A stretch of 38,407 bases of DNA from IMG/VR virus record IMGVR_UViG_3300017988_000959, positions 1 through 38,407 of that record; one strand, 5' to 3'. Positions 36,637 to 38,407 of this stretch are shown in pieces. Source of the DNA: a virus. Taxonomy: Duplodnaviria; Caudoviricetes. The stretch's first letter is position 1. Each line of letters begins with the position of its first letter. Below the pieces are notes generated by a model that did no database searches, was not told the origin of the DNA, and saw only the letters and a list, made by a program, of their open reading frames with translations. The position numbers and the translations under genes were made by a program.

Positions 36637-36799
36637 GTGATTCGCTGGAGGGGGCGCTCTACCACTGAGCTACCCACCCCGAAGGGCGAGACAGGATTCG
36701 AACCTGCGACCTCCCCTTTGGGCTGCTCTACCGCTGAGCTACGGAGCTTGCACCCCGGCCGGATTCGAACCGGCGACCTCGCCCCCTTCAGCGAACCAC
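36637..36799 (-). ncRNA. Doubled circularly permuted tRNA-mimic RNA (cassette A; YrlA-like topology)
   Basis: Two GGTTCGAATCC T arms, two TAGCTCAG(C/T)GGTAGAGC D arms, acceptor-like stems capped by GCAA and TTCG, and a 19-20 bp closing stem. Confidence 0.8.
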
Positions 36800-36835
36800 C
36801 TATTATTGAAACCGCCCCTCGCTCTATCTGTCTTC

Positions 36836-36863
36836 ACTTTACTCCTGCCATAACCTAAGTCAA
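36836..36863 (-). promoter_or_regulatory. Early leftward promoter driving the RNA array
   Basis: TTGACT-16 nt-TAAAGT. The predicted start (~36829) coincides with the 5' edge of the outermost stem. DnaA-box-like TTATGCACA at 36913-36921. Confidence 0.6.
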
Positions 36864-37201
36864 TAGCTCTACAAGCCCCGTAAAACCTACCTTTTTCAGC
36901 TATCGCCAAAAGTTATGCACAGGCATTTTTCCTTTTTGCGCGGCGAGTTTTCCAATAGATAGAAAAGTCCGCGCGGTGCGTGTGCCGATATTCCCGATGA
37001 TAGGCGTTGTATTTCTTCCGGCCGGATCGCGCGCCGAACTTTTTTACGAACCACGATAGATTTGCCATGCCTGCACCATAACCCTTCTGTCGCTTTTAGC
37101 AAGAGGTGCAACTTGTGCGAAATAGGCACAAGTTCTTCCCCTTGCGGATTCCCGCGGGAGTTATAGCGTGAAAACTAGATCGTTTTGAAAAGGAGGTTGT
37201 T

Positions 37202-38182
37202 ATGTCTGACAAGAGGCCGTATATCGACTTTAAGGCATTGAAGGAACGCGTCGCGTTTCTCGAAGTCCTTGACCGCTACAACGTCCCACTGAAGAAGGTC
37301 AACAACACGCAATTCAAGGCGAACTGCCCTCTGCCCTCCCACACGTCGAAGGACAAGGACACGTTCTCCGTCAACTCCGAAAAGCAAGTTTGGTATTGCC
37401 ATTCGGATTCGTGCAAGAAGAACGGACACCGTGCCGGCGGAAACTGCATCGACTTCGTTTCTGCCATGGACAACTGCTCGCCCTATGAGGCGGCGGTGAA
37501 ACTCAACGGCTGGTATCCTGAAGGCGTCACGCCCGCGTCTGTGGAAAGCGGAAGAACGGAACGTGAGCAAACTTCTACCACCCCACCTTCAGAGGAAATG
37601 AATCGTCCTCTCGCTTTCGAACTGAAAGGCATCGCGTACTGCGACTACCTGAAACAGCGGGGCATTACAGAGGAAACGGCAGAACATTTTGGCGTCGGAC
37701 TGTTCCCCGGTAAGGGAAGCATGGCCGGCCGCGTGGTCATCCCCATACGGAATGAGCAGGGCCAGCTCATTGCATACGCTGGAAGGTCGCTCGATGGATC
37801 CGAACCCAAGTACCGTTTGCCCGCGGGATTTCATAAGAGCGGGGTTCTCTACAACCTCCAGAACATCGGGGAACAGGTGGACTGCGTCTGCGTTGTCGAA
37901 GGATTTTTTGACACTTTCAACGTTCATCAAGCCGGATTCCCGAACGTCGTTGCCCTCATGGGACGCACGCTCTCCGATGAACAGGCGAAACTCCTTGAAC
38001 GGTTCCCGAAGATCATCCTGATGCTCGACGGCGATGCGCCAGGACGTGAATCGGAACAAGCCGTCACCTTAGTTCTTTCCAAAACCCATTTCGTACTTTC
38101 AGCACTTGTTCCGGACGGAAAACAGCCCGATAGCATGACTGCTGAAGAACTGGGACAACTTCTCAACCGGACGCTCGCATAG
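37202..38182 (+). CDS. DnaG-like primase (CHC2 zinc finger plus TOPRIM)
   Basis: CPLPSH...WYCHSDSC, GRVVIPIRNEQG, YAGRS, VVEGFFD, and LMLDGDAPG. SD AAGGAGG. Confidence 0.9.
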   Translation: MSDKRPYIDFKALKERVAFLEVLDRYNVPLKKVNNTQFKANCPLPSHTSKDKDTFSVNSEKQVWYCHSDSCKKNGHRAGGNCIDFVSAMDNCSPYEAAVKLNGWYPEGVTPASVESGRTEREQTSTTPPSEEMNRPLAFELKGIAYCDYLKQRGITEETAEHFGVGLFPGKGSMAGRVVIPIRNEQGQLIAYAGRSLDGSEPKYRLPAGFHKSGVLYNLQNIGEQVDCVCVVEGFFDTFNVHQAGFPNVVALMGRTLSDEQAKLLERFPKIILMLDGDAPGRESEQAVTLVLSKTHFVLSALVPDGKQPDSMTAEELGQLLNRTLA

Positions 38183-38197
38183 GGCGTCCGTTTTTTT
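38168..38197 (+). terminator. Intrinsic terminator overlapping the primase stop
   Basis: CGGACGCTC-GCATA-GGGCGTCCG-TTTTTTT. Confidence 0.8.
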
Positions 38198-38218
38198 ATT
38201 GGGAAAGAAGGAGGATGA

Positions 38219-38407
38219 ATGAGGCGCTACCGGAGAGGGTTGTACATACCAAGCCATTATGATCCCGAGTACGAAAAGATGACGTGGGATACGGAGATGG
38301 AGCGACAGGAACACAACCGGAAGATCGAACGGCAAAAGGCTGATCGGTACAGACCACCGAAGAACGTTCCGATCATCCACGAAAAGAAAAGCTGGTGGCC
38401 GTTCTGA
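38219..38407 (+). CDS. Hypothetical protein
   Basis: SD AGGAGG. 62 aa ending KKSWWPF. Confidence 0.55.
   Translation: MRRYRRGLYIPSHYDPEYEKMTWDTEMERQEHNRKIERQKADRYRPPKNVPIIHEKKSWWPF

Noticed and set aside
36673-36747. Canonical tRNA gene (D arm, short hairpin, T arm in normal order)
   Set aside because: The would-be acceptor strands GCTCCG and CTCGCCC do not pair with each other, the anticodon arm is only CCC-AAA-GGG, and there is no CCA. Each strand instead pairs locally in the permuted fold.
36637-36799. attP/attL remnant of a tRNA integration site
   Set aside because: Att cores usually duplicate only a tRNA 3' part. Here both halves occur twice, joined by stable tetraloops within a closing stem. 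Not fully excluded without the host genome.
36076-36828. CRISPR array or self-cleaving ribozyme
   Set aside because: No regularly spaced direct repeats. CTGACGG in cassette B lacks the CTGANGA/GAAA hammerhead core.
36896-37129. 77-aa basic ORF as a Cro-like repressor
   Set aside because: No HTH pattern, a non-ATG start, and it overlaps regulatory sequence.

Overview
The window holds a nearly complete temperate long-tailed (siphovirus-like) phage of about 38 kb, in the standard genetic code. The + strand carries a tyrosine integrase (1-1026), a CHC2-TOPRIM primase and one small gene at the far end. Everything else is on the - strand, in this order: an ~800-nt non-coding structured region (36050-36860); early recombination genes (ERF-type annealase, Gp157-like, SSB, wHTH, NinG); small accessory genes; TerS/TerL; a portal-MuF fusion; an extended prohead protease; the HK97-fold capsid; head-tail connectors; tail tube; tail chaperone with a -1 frameshift; tape measure; tail tip and fibres; lysis genes; a metallophosphoesterase; a DUF932 island; an SLT-like lysozyme; and a C5-MTase/Vsr/KpnI-like HNH restriction-modification cassette. 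The most striking element is 36076-36828. It is a promoter-driven array of four RNA cassettes, each closed by a 20-25 bp stem with a boxA-like dodecamer at its 5' edge. One cassette is a doubled, circularly permuted tRNA mimic: two T arms, two D arms, loop-capped acceptor stems and no anticodon or CCA. This is a YrlA Y-RNA-like topology, but no Ro60 gene is present. The core genes lack Shine-Dalgarno sites. They instead show an AAAGGTCG motif upstream and DnaA-box-coupled promoters with 16-nt spacers, and by recall they look Patescibacteria-phage-like. The primase and the DUF932 island use strong SD sites. All family calls come from motif recognition, not database searches.
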